This document shows positions 38,635-49,092 of a stretch of DNA of 64,000 nt, one piece after another. The DNA comes from Vicinamibacterales bacterium (GTDB taxonomy: Bacteria; Acidobacteriota; Vicinamibacteria; Vicinamibacterales; UBA2999). How positions within the stretch are numbered: the first letter of the stretch is position 1; every line of letters begins with the position of its first letter. Position numbers and translations under genes: made by a program. Location: assembly GCA_035646375.1 (NCBI GenBank), contig DASRPM010000104.1, positions 4,025-68,024 of the forward strand. The letters are read 5' to 3'. The notes beneath the pieces were generated by a model. It did not search any database. It was not told where the DNA came from and saw only the letters and a program-made list of their open reading frames with translations.

Positions 38635-40032
38635 TCACGGCGCGCCGCGGAACGTTTCCGCCGCGCCGGGAGCCGTGAACTCCAGCGTGCGCCCGGCCGC
38701 GCGGCCGCTCACCGTGTAGCGGCCCTGCAGCTGCAGGAAGTTGACGTCGTTGGCGAGCGGGCCCTGGGCCATGCGCGTGGTCACGGCCGACGTCACGTCG
38801 AACCGCAGGGTGATGTCGAGCGCCGAGCCGAGCGCGCGCACGGTGATGGCCGTCGGGCGGCCGTCGGGTGCGTTGGTCTCCGCGATCTGGACGTTGGTGG
38901 CAAAGCCGAGCGGGCCATCGGGGCCCAGCACGCCCACGAAACCCGGCAGGCGCTCGCGGTCGGCGGCGTCTTCGGGCGGGAACACGCGTCCGTACACCAC
39001 GGACACGCCCTCGTGCTGCGCCTGCCCCCACTGCCACGACACGCCCTTCCAGAATCCCCAGTTGTGGTCGTGGTAGCCGGTGCCGTCGAGCGACAGCGTC
39101 TCTGGCGTGGCGGCCCCCCGCGGCGTCAGCGTCAGCGACCCTGCCAGCGCGCCCGACATCACGGGCACCACGTAGCCGGTGCGCCAGCCCTTCGCGCCGA
39201 GCATCTCGATCGGCGGCACCAGGCGGCCGGGCGAGCCTTCGAGCGACACGTCGCCCACCGCGCGCGTGCCGTCCGGACCCACCAGATCGAGGTGCAGGCG
39301 ATAGCGCTGTCCGTCGAGCCGCACGGTGCTGGCGCCGATCGCCAGGTCCGGCGCGCCCGCCACTTCGGCGTCGGTCAGCAGCGCGCTGGCGTTGTAGTTC
39401 TCGGTGCGGTCGCCGCGCTGCAGCTGCAGGCGCACGCCGGCGGCGCGGCGGCCGTCGGGCGCGCGCGGCCCGACGAGAAACGTCAGGTAGAACCGGGCGT
39501 CGGCGCCGCGCCCGTTGAAATACAGCCACTCCGCCCACGAGTCGGCCCACGCCGGCGCGTCTGGAACCGGATGGAATTTGTCGATCTCGCGCAGCGCCGC
39601 CGCGGGCGAGCTGTGCGTCCACGCGCGGTCCGCCTCGGTGTCCTGCCAGGCGCCGATGGCGCTCGTCTCGTGGTCGCCGAGCGCCCGCTCGAGGCTGGGG
39701 ACGCCGCCGCGGCCCGCCACGCGGATCCGCTTGCCGCCGCTCGTCAGGTACAGGTCCGCGGTCTGCGTGGGTGCCGTGGTGACGATACGGGAGCGCAGCG
39801 CCTCGGCCTGCAGCGTGCCCGACAGCAGCAACGAGGCGGGAATCTGGCGTCCCACGCGGATCACCACGTCGCCGCCGCCGACGAGATCCGGCGACTGCGC
39901 CTGCTGCAGCACGATCTCCGCCACGCCGAGCAGGATCGCCATCACGGCGACGCCGGCGCCAAACCCCACCGACAACACGGCGCTGCGCACCGGGTGCGCG
40001 GTGAGCGAGCGCAGCGCGAGCCGGCTGATCAC
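38635..40032 (-). CDS. Single-TM protein: an FtsX/MacB-type N-terminal TM1 and periplasmic segment fused to an AttH/CrtC-like lipocalin domain
   Basis: GTG start in a GTGA overlap. LALRSLTAHPVRSAVLSVGFGAGVAVM (permease TM1 signature). AEWLYFNGRG...FYLTFLVG and GYHDHNWG (AttH/CrtC-like). Confidence 0.65.
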   Translation of the reverse strand: MISRLALRSLTAHPVRSAVLSVGFGAGVAVMAILLGVAEIVLQQAQSPDLVGGGDVVIRVGRQIPASLLLSGTLQAEALRSRIVTTAPTQTADLYLTSGGKRIRVAGRGGVPSLERALGDHETSAIGAWQDTEADRAWTHSSPAAALREIDKFHPVPDAPAWADSWAEWLYFNGRGADARFYLTFLVGPRAPDGRRAAGVRLQLQRGDRTENYNASALLTDAEVAGAPDLAIGASTVRLDGQRYRLHLDLVGPDGTRAVGDVSLEGSPGRLVPPIEMLGAKGWRTGYVVPVMSGALAGSLTLTPRGAATPETLSLDGTGYHDHNWGFWKGVSWQWGQAQHEGVSVVYGRVFPPEDAADRERLPGFVGVLGPDGPLGFATNVQIAETNAPDGRPTAITVRALGSALDITLRFDVTSAVTTRMAQGPLANDVNFLQLQGRYTVSGRAAGRTLEFTAPGAAETFRGAP

Positions 40033-40721
40033 CGGGTGGCCTCGCTGTCGATGCGGCCGTCGCGCATCGTCAACACCCGCCGCGCGCGGCTGGCGAGCGC
40101 GTGATCGTGCGTGACGATCACCATCGCGGTGCCGTCGGCGTTCACGCGGTCGAGCAGCGCGGCGATGTGCTCGCCGGTGGCCTGGTCCAGTTCGCCCGTG
40201 GGCTCGTCCGCCAGCAGCAGGCGGGGGCGGTTGGCGAGCGCGCGGGCAATCGCCACGCGCTGCATCTCGCCGCCGGAGAGCTGCGACGGGCGGTGGTCGG
40301 CCCGGTGCGCCAGCCCCACGTAGTCGAGCAGGTCGCGGGTGCGCTGCCGCCGCTCGGCGGTGGCCACGCCGGCCTCCGACAGCGGCAGCTCCACGTTCTC
40401 GGCCGCGCTCAGCATCGGCAACAGGAAAAAGCGCTGGAAGACGAACCCGATCGAGCGGAGCCGCAGCAGGCTGCGCTGCCGATCCGACAGCGTGGCCACG
40501 TCCTCACCTTCGAACAGCAGCGTGCCGCCGCTCGGCGTGTCCACGCAGCCGAGCATGTGGAGCAGCGTGGACTTGCCGCAGCCCGACGGCCCGCGCACGG
40601 CGATGTGGTCGCCCGGGGTGATGTCGAGCGACACGTCCTGGACGGCCGTGACCGGGCCGGCCGGCATCGTGAACAGGCGGCTCACGTGCGACGCCGAGAT
40701 GATCAAGCCAGCGCCGCTCAT
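40029..40721 (-). CDS. ABC transporter ATP-binding protein (LolD/MacB/FtsE type)
   Basis: Start at MSGAGLII. GPSGCGKSTLL, LSGGEMQRVAIARAL, LLLADEPTGELD. Confidence 0.9.
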   Translation of the reverse strand: MSGAGLIISASHVSRLFTMPAGPVTAVQDVSLDITPGDHIAVRGPSGCGKSTLLHMLGCVDTPSGGTLLFEGEDVATLSDRQRSLLRLRSIGFVFQRFFLLPMLSAAENVELPLSEAGVATAERRQRTRDLLDYVGLAHRADHRPSQLSGGEMQRVAIARALANRPRLLLADEPTGELDQATGEHIAALLDRVNADGTAMVIVTHDHALASRARRVLTMRDGRIDSEATR

Positions 40722-40731
40722 GCCCGCACTC

Positions 40732-41907
40732 TCACGAGAGCACCTCGGCGCGGAGCGTCGCGGCAATCGGCAGGCGCGCCACGACCTGCATCGGGTACAG
40801 GGCGGCCGCCAGCGCCGTCAGCGCCAGCAGCCCGGCATGCAGGCCGAGCGTGGCCGGTTCCAGCACGAAGAAATTCATCTGGCCCGGAATGCCGGGCATC
40901 GTCTTGAGGATGCCGTCGAGCCCGCGGGCGAGCGCCGCGCCGAGCGGCAGCGAGACCAGGCCGCCGAGTCCCACGATGAGGATCGACTCGCACAGCACGT
41001 CGGCCACCACGCGCCGGCGCGAGAACCCCAGCGCGCGCAGCGCCGCAATCTCGCCCAGCCGTTGATTGACCGACACCGTCAGCAGCACCGTGATCAGGAG
41101 CAGCGCGAAGCCCACCGTGACGGCGGAGAGCACTGCCGAGATCTGGCGGAAGTAGGTGAAGCCGTTGCGCTGCAGCCGGCCGAGCACCTGCTCGTTGGTG
41201 GCCACGTTGAGCCGCGGCTGGGCGGCGCGCACCGCGGCCGCCGTGGCGTCCACTTCACCGAGCGCGCTGGCCAGGATGATGTCGGCCTCGTCCGTGCGGC
41301 TGGCGCAGGCCGCGTCGAGCGTCGGCATGGCGGCGCCGGCCGTGGGATCGCCCACGAGCTCGAAGGGGAATTCGGCGATGCCCACGACGCGCAGGCGCGC
41401 CGGCGGCAGCACCTGGTTGGACGCCGCGCAGCGGGCGCGCACGGTGAGCGCACCGCCCGGTTCCAGCCGCAGTGCATCGGCGAGGGCGCGGCTCACCACG
41501 ACTTCTCCATCGCCGGCAGGATCGCGGCCGGCCAGCACGGTCCATGGGCGCGCGTCGCCCTGCACGCCCTCGAGCGTCATGGCCATCGGGCCGGCGGGCC
41601 CATCGGTCTCGGCCTCGACGAAACGGATGGCGAGCACCGTGCCCAGCTGTGGCAGCCGGCGAAGCGCCGCCAGCGTGGCGTCGGTGTCGTGCATGCGGTC
41701 GCCCGCGCGGCGCAGATCGCCGGAGGCCGTGATCCGGATGTCGAATCCGGTCCGCTCCAGCATGTCGCGCATCGACACGACCAGGCCGTCCGACAGCATC
41801 AGCATGTCGAACAGCAGCGCCCCGACGGCCGCCACTCCGAGTACGCCGAGCAGCGCGCGCGCCGGCTGGCGCACCAGGCTTCGCCACGCGAACCGGAGCG
41901 CGATCAT
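40732..41907 (-). CDS. FtsX-family ABC permease (canonical four-TM, large periplasmic domain)
   Basis: Start at MIALRFAWRSLVRQPARALL in an ATGA overlap. C-terminal FtsX region LGEIAALRALGFSRRRV. Confidence 0.85.
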   Translation of the reverse strand: MIALRFAWRSLVRQPARALLGVLGVAAVGALLFDMLMLSDGLVVSMRDMLERTGFDIRITASGDLRRAGDRMHDTDATLAALRRLPQLGTVLAIRFVEAETDGPAGPMAMTLEGVQGDARPWTVLAGRDPAGDGEVVVSRALADALRLEPGGALTVRARCAASNQVLPPARLRVVGIAEFPFELVGDPTAGAAMPTLDAACASRTDEADIILASALGEVDATAAAVRAAQPRLNVATNEQVLGRLQRNGFTYFRQISAVLSAVTVGFALLLITVLLTVSVNQRLGEIAALRALGFSRRRVVADVLCESILIVGLGGLVSLPLGAALARGLDGILKTMPGIPGQMNFFVLEPATLGLHAGLLALTALAAALYPMQVVARLPIAATLRAEVLS

Positions 41908-42752
41908 CGCCGCGCCAGCCGCAGCGCGTTGCGCCGCAGAAGGAGCCACGACGCCACGACCGTGGCCGAGACGCCGAGCGGGATGGCGATCAGCACGCAG
42001 GTCACCGCGACCGACGGCGTCACCTGCACGAAGAGCAGCGCGGTGTCGTAGCGCCACTGGAAGAAACGGTTGATCACCCCCTCGGACACGACCGCCAGGG
42101 CGAGTCCGAACGCCGACCCGACACTCGCCACCAGCACCCCTTCGAGCAGCACCTGCGCCAGCACACGGCTCGTGGGCAGCCCGATCAGGCGCAGCACGCC
42201 GACAGTCTCGCGGCGTTCGTCCACGAGCATCACGGTGAGCGCGATCAGGAACACGGTGGACGCGAGGATGGTGACGATGGCGATGGCGAGGTGAAAGCGT
42301 TCGAGCACGCGGAACGGGCCCGCCGCCGCGCCGGCATCAGTGGTTGGCCGCGCCGACAGGCCCGGGAGCCGGGCGTTCACGTCGCGCGAGAACGCCAGCG
42401 CGTCGGTGCCCGGCGTCAACCGGACGTTGATGGCGTCCACCGACTCGGCGCCCTTCGGTGCGTCCGGCGGGGTCGTCAGCGCCAGGAGATCCGGGAGGTG
42501 CAGCCGCACCGCGTGGATCGCGTTGCCGAGCCGCGACGGATCCGGTGTGGGCTCGTAGATGCCGGCCACGCGGAAGTCCCGCGCCCGCGATCCATCGGGC
42601 GGCGCCACCTGCACGACCGCACCGATCGAGAGGCCCAATGCCTCGGCCGCCTGCCGCGACACGAGCACGGTGGGAAGTTCCGATGTCTGCGCCACCGCGG
42701 CAGCCGGCAGCCCCGCCAGGATGGCGAGGATCGCGAGGACGGCGAGCCTCAA
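41904..42752 (-). CDS. Short FtsX-family permease whose N-terminus looks like a signal peptide rather than a canonical TM1
   Basis: TTG start in a TTGA overlap with the EVE stop (alternative GTG at 42779). MRLAVLAILAILAGLPAAAVAQ; C-terminal VGVLRLIGLPTSRV FtsX region. Confidence 0.7.
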   Translation of the reverse strand: MRLAVLAILAILAGLPAAAVAQTSELPTVLVSRQAAEALGLSIGAVVQVAPPDGSRARDFRVAGIYEPTPDPSRLGNAIHAVRLHLPDLLALTTPPDAPKGAESVDAINVRLTPGTDALAFSRDVNARLPGLSARPTTDAGAAAGPFRVLERFHLAIAIVTILASTVFLIALTVMLVDERRETVGVLRLIGLPTSRVLAQVLLEGVLVASVGSAFGLALAVVSEGVINRFFQWRYDTALLFVQVTPSVAVTCVLIAIPLGVSATVVASWLLLRRNALRLARR

Positions 42753-43153
42753 CGGCTCATCTTCTCGATGCGGTGCCACTCGGCATCGGTCACCGGCATG
42801 ACCGAGAGCCTGGGCATGCGGGTGAGGGGGAAGGACGCGAACGCCGGCACTGCCTTGATCTGGGCGAGCGTCACGGGGCGCGCGAGCGCCGCCACGGGGA
42901 CGATGTCCACCACGTACGCCTTGCCGGTCGCGTCGGCGGGATCGGGGTAGGCGTCGGTGGCCGCGCTGGCGATGGCCACGACGGCCTTCTCCTTGCCCGT
43001 GTGGTAGTAGAAGACCCGATCGCCGCGGCGCATGGACCGCAGGTGCTTCTGGGCGAGCGGATTCTTCACCCCCGCCCACACGGTCTTGCCGTCACGCTCC
43101 AGTTGGGCGTAGCCGTAGTGGTCGGGCTCCTCTTTGACCAGCCACTGCGCCAT
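42749..43153 (-). CDS. EVE (PUA-like) domain protein
   Basis: MAQWLVKEEPDHY...WAGVKNPLAQKHLRSMRRGDRVFYYHTG...AYPDP. Confidence 0.85.
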   Translation of the reverse strand: MAQWLVKEEPDHYGYAQLERDGKTVWAGVKNPLAQKHLRSMRRGDRVFYYHTGKEKAVVAIASAATDAYPDPADATGKAYVVDIVPVAALARPVTLAQIKAVPAFASFPLTRMPRLSVMPVTDAEWHRIEKMSR

Positions 43154-43335
43154 GGCTGGATTATATCGGCGAGCCGTTTACCAGTTGCTGCCGCAACCCC
43201 GCGCGTCCCGCGGCGCAGAATCTGCGCCGCTCCGAGGTCGGCCCTTTGGTTGCCGTGCTGGTCGGGCCGGAGCGCCATGTGCAGCCACCGCGGTTGAGCA
43301 CGCCGTCCGGCGGCGCTATGCTCAAGGAGGTTGCG

Positions 43336-43644
43336 ATGGCGACGCTCGAGGAACGGGTAGCGTACCTGGAAGGGCAAGTGAGCGAGCACACTCATACGCT
43401 GATCGACATCCGCGATTCGATCCGACAGCTCGACCGGCGATTCGACGCGCGACTCGACACCATCGATCGGCGCATCGACGGGCTCGAAGACAAGCTCGAT
43501 CGGCGCATCGATGGGCTCGAAGACAAGCTCGGTCGCCGCATCGAAGGGCTCGAGGACAAGCTTGCGCGGCAGTTCGCGTGGCTCGTCGGTATCCAGGTGA
43601 CCACGCTCGTCGCCATCGTGGGCGCGCTTGTGACGCGCTCGTGA
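43336..43644 (+). CDS. Small C-terminally TM-anchored coiled-coil protein with 11-residue repeats
   Basis: AAGGAGG 5 nt upstream of the ATG. DRRFDARLDTI / DRRIDGLEDKL x2 / GRRIEGLEDKL, then the TM helix FAWLVGIQVTTLVAIVGALV. Confidence 0.7.
   Translation: MATLEERVAYLEGQVSEHTHTLIDIRDSIRQLDRRFDARLDTIDRRIDGLEDKLDRRIDGLEDKLGRRIEGLEDKLARQFAWLVGIQVTTLVAIVGALVTRS
43432..43563 (+). repeat. Four tandem 33-bp units (the last three near-identical) inside the CDS
   Basis: gatcggcgcatcgacgggctcgaagacaagctc repeated at 43465, 43498 and 43531. Confidence 0.85.
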
Positions 43645-43645
43645 T

Positions 43646-45288
43646 GTGACAGGCATCACGCTCGGCTCGTTCCTCTTCGATCAGCTCTGGGCACGCGGCG
43701 TCCGCCACATCTTCGGCATTCCCGGCGACTTCGTCCTCAACCTCTACGAGGCGCTCGAGCGCGACGGCCGCTTCGGCCTGGTGCGCCTGAGCCACGAGCC
43801 GGCGGTCGGCTTCGCCGCCGACGGCTCGGCGCGGATCACGGGCGGCCTCGGCGTGTGCTGCGTCACCTACGGGGCCGGCGGCCTCAACATGGTGAATTCG
43901 GTCGCCTGCGCCTACGCCGAGGAGTCGCCGCTCGTGGTGCTCTCCGGCGGCCCCGGCCGCATCGAGAAGCGGGCCGGCCTGCCCGTCCACCACGAGGTGA
44001 AGTCGTTCGAGTCGCAGCTGCGCGTCTACGCGGAGGTTACCGAGTACAGCGCCATCCTCGACGATCCGCGCACCGCGGCGGCGCACATCGCCCGGGCCCT
44101 CGACGTGGCGGTGAAGCTGAAGCGCCCCGTGTACCTCGAGATCCCGCGCGACATGGTGGACGCCCCGATCGACGGCCCCGCCCCGGACGCGGCGCTCGAA
44201 CTGAACACCGACGAGGGCGCCGTGACCGAAGCGGTGGCCGAGATCACCGAGCGGCTGTCGGCGGCCGAGCGGCCCGTGCTCATCGTCGGCGTCGAAGTGC
44301 ACCGCTTTCAGCTGCGCGATCAGGTGGTGCGCCTCGCGGAGCGGATGGGCGTGCCGGTGGCGTCCTCGTTCCTGGGCCGCGGCGTCTTTCCGAGCCGGCA
44401 CCTCCAGTTCGCCGGCACCTACCTCGGCGTGGTGTCGCCCCAGCCGCTGCGCGACATCGTCGAGAACTCCGATTGCGTGCTGCTCCTCGGCGAGCTGATC
44501 AGCGACACCAGCCTCGGCGTGTCGGCGCAGCGCCTCGACGAGCGCAACCTGATCATCTGTGTCGCCCGCGAGGTGTTCGTCGGCTATCACCGCTATCAAG
44601 ACACTCCGCTCGAGCGCATCGTCGCCGGGCTGCTCGAGTCGCCCGCGCTCGGGTCGTGGCCACCGCACGCGCCGGCGGTGCCGGTCCCGATGTCGGGGGG
44701 CACGGAGCCGCGCTCGGCCGACAGCGCGCCGATGACGGCGGCGCGTCTCATCGAGGCGGCCAACGAATTCGTGGAAGCACATCCGGACGTGCCGCTCGTG
44801 TCGGATACGGGCGACTGTCTCTTTGCAGCGGTGGAAATCCAGTCGAACGACTGCGTGGCTCCGGCATACTACGCGACGATGGGCTTCGCCGTTCCCGCCG
44901 CGCTCGGCCTGCAGGTGTCGAGCGGCCGCCGGCCGCTGGTGCTCGTGGGCGACGGGGCCTTTCAGATGACCGGCTCGGAAATTGCGCACGCGACGCCGCT
45001 CGGCTGCAATCCGATCGTCGTGCTCCTCAACAACAACCGCTGGGAGATGCTGCAGGCGTTCTATCCGCACGCCCGCTACAACGAGACGGTGCCGTGGCCG
45101 TTTGCCCGGCTGGCGGAGCTGTGGGGCGGGCGCGGCGTCGTCGCCGGCACCATCGGCGAGCTCCGCGCGGCGCTGCGCGAGGCGTGGCAGGCGCCCGTGT
45201 TCACGCTCATCGAGGTACCGCTCGCCAAGGGCGACATCTCGCCGGTCTTGAGCCGCTTCGTGAAAGCGTTCAAGGAGCGGGTCTACCG

Positions 45289-45292
<4 letters not shown>
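43646..45292 (+). CDS. Thiamine-diphosphate-dependent alpha-keto-acid decarboxylase (indolepyruvate/phenylpyruvate decarboxylase family)
   Basis: GVRHIFGIPGDFVL, CCVTYGAGGLNMVN, GDGAFQMTGSEI...LNNNRWEM. Confidence 0.8.
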
Positions 45293-47832
<2,540 letters not shown>

Positions 47833-47840
47833 GGGCTCCG

Positions 47841-48425
47841 GTGACCGACGCCGGCGAAGTGACTCGGCTACTGGAGCGGGCGTCGGCGGGTGATACCGGT
47901 GCGCGCGCCACGCTGTTCGACGTTCTGTATCGCGAACTGCGCAGGCTGGCGGAAGCCGCCATGCGCGCCGAGCGCGCCAACCACACGCTGCAGCCCACCG
48001 CGCTCGTGCACGAAGCGTTTCTGCGGCTCGCCGGCGATCAAGGCCGTTTCGAGAATCGCGCCCACTTCCTCGGCGTCGCCGCCGGCGCGATGCGGCGCGT
48101 CCTGGTCGATCACGCCCGCGGCCGCAATGCGCAGAAGCGCGGGAGCGGCAGGACGCTCGTGACCGTGGACGATCTGGACGACCTGCCGCAGCCCGTGTCC
48201 GAGGACGTCGATCTGGTCGTCCTCGACGACGCGCTCTCCCGTCTCACCACGCTCGACGCGCGCCAGGGACAGATCGTGGAGCTGCGGTTCTTCGGTGGCT
48301 TGTCCGTGGAAGAAACGGCCGCCCTCATCGGCGTCTCCGAGCGCACGGTCAAGCGCGAGTGGCAGCTCTCGCGCGCCTGGCTGCGCCGCGAGGTTGCCCG
48401 TATCGGTCAGAAGTCTCTCGACTGA
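47841..48425 (+). CDS. ECF sigma factor (kinase-associated, TIGR02999-like type)
   Basis: GTG start. VTRLLERASAGDTGARATLFDVLYRELRRLA...HTLQPTALVHEAFLRL; region 4 with VELRFFGGLSVEETAALIGVSERTVKREW. Confidence 0.9.
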   Translation: MTDAGEVTRLLERASAGDTGARATLFDVLYRELRRLAEAAMRAERANHTLQPTALVHEAFLRLAGDQGRFENRAHFLGVAAGAMRRVLVDHARGRNAQKRGSGRTLVTVDDLDDLPQPVSEDVDLVVLDDALSRLTTLDARQGQIVELRFFGGLSVEETAALIGVSERTVKREWQLSRAWLRREVARIGQKSLD

Positions 48426-48572
48426 CCCGCCCGGCTCGCCCTCGAGCCGCCACGGCATCCGGCCGTTTTTGGTGTCCGTGACACCCCTGCTCCGTCGTTT
48501 TCGCAATGACCACTAGCAGAGGGTGTTGGTGCAGGAAAAAAGTATTCACGACCGTCCTGCGCATCTGGCGGG

Positions 48573-49055
48573 ATGCCATTCCTCGAGGCGTGGCCCCCAA
48601 CACAGCTGTTTCTCGCGATTCCGTATGGGGAGGAGTGCCGGTTGCCGATCGAACTAGGGGGGCTGCAGGTGGATGCGACGACGATCGCGTTACTCGAAGG
48701 ATGGGTGAAGTCGGCACCCCAGGCGCGGCTCAAACGCCGCAGCCGGATCATTCTGCTCCTGGCGAACGGTCTGTCGCAGGCCGCCGTCGCCGCGCAGATG
48801 GGGGTGAGCCGCCGGACCGTCGCCATCTGGCGCCAGCGCTTCCTCGAGGGCGGCGCCTCGACCCTTCAGTACGATCGACCGGGCCGCGGCCGCCCCAAGG
48901 GCCGCAGCGCCGACGCGGTGGCGGCCATCACCGCCGCGATGGCCAACCCTCCCGAGGGACAGGAGCGCTGGACCGCCCGCGCCCTCGCCAAGCACGTGGG
49001 CGTAAGCCATTCAACCGTGCTGCGCGTGTGGCGGGACACGCAGGCTCAGGGCTAA
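48573..49055 (+). CDS. IS630-type transposase N-terminal HTH region only (DDE catalytic part absent); a remnant or a domesticated DNA-binding protein
   Basis: RSRIILLLANGLSQAAVAAQMGVSRRTVAIWRQRFLEGG...RPGRGRP...WTARALAKHVGVSHSTVLRVWR. The ORF stops where the catalytic domain would begin, and local GC is lower just upstream. Confidence 0.6.
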   Translation: MPFLEAWPPTQLFLAIPYGEECRLPIELGGLQVDATTIALLEGWVKSAPQARLKRRSRIILLLANGLSQAAVAAQMGVSRRTVAIWRQRFLEGGASTLQYDRPGRGRPKGRSADAVAAITAAMANPPEGQERWTARALAKHVGVSHSTVLRVWRDTQAQG

Positions 49056-49092
49056 CCACGCCCTGAGCCCGAAGCCTTGAGCCGGCGCGCGC

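Noticed and set aside
48573-49055. An active IS630 insertion sequence
   Set aside because: There is no DDE domain ORF, no frameshift-accessible second ORF before the convergent receptor gene, and no inverted terminal repeats that I could find.
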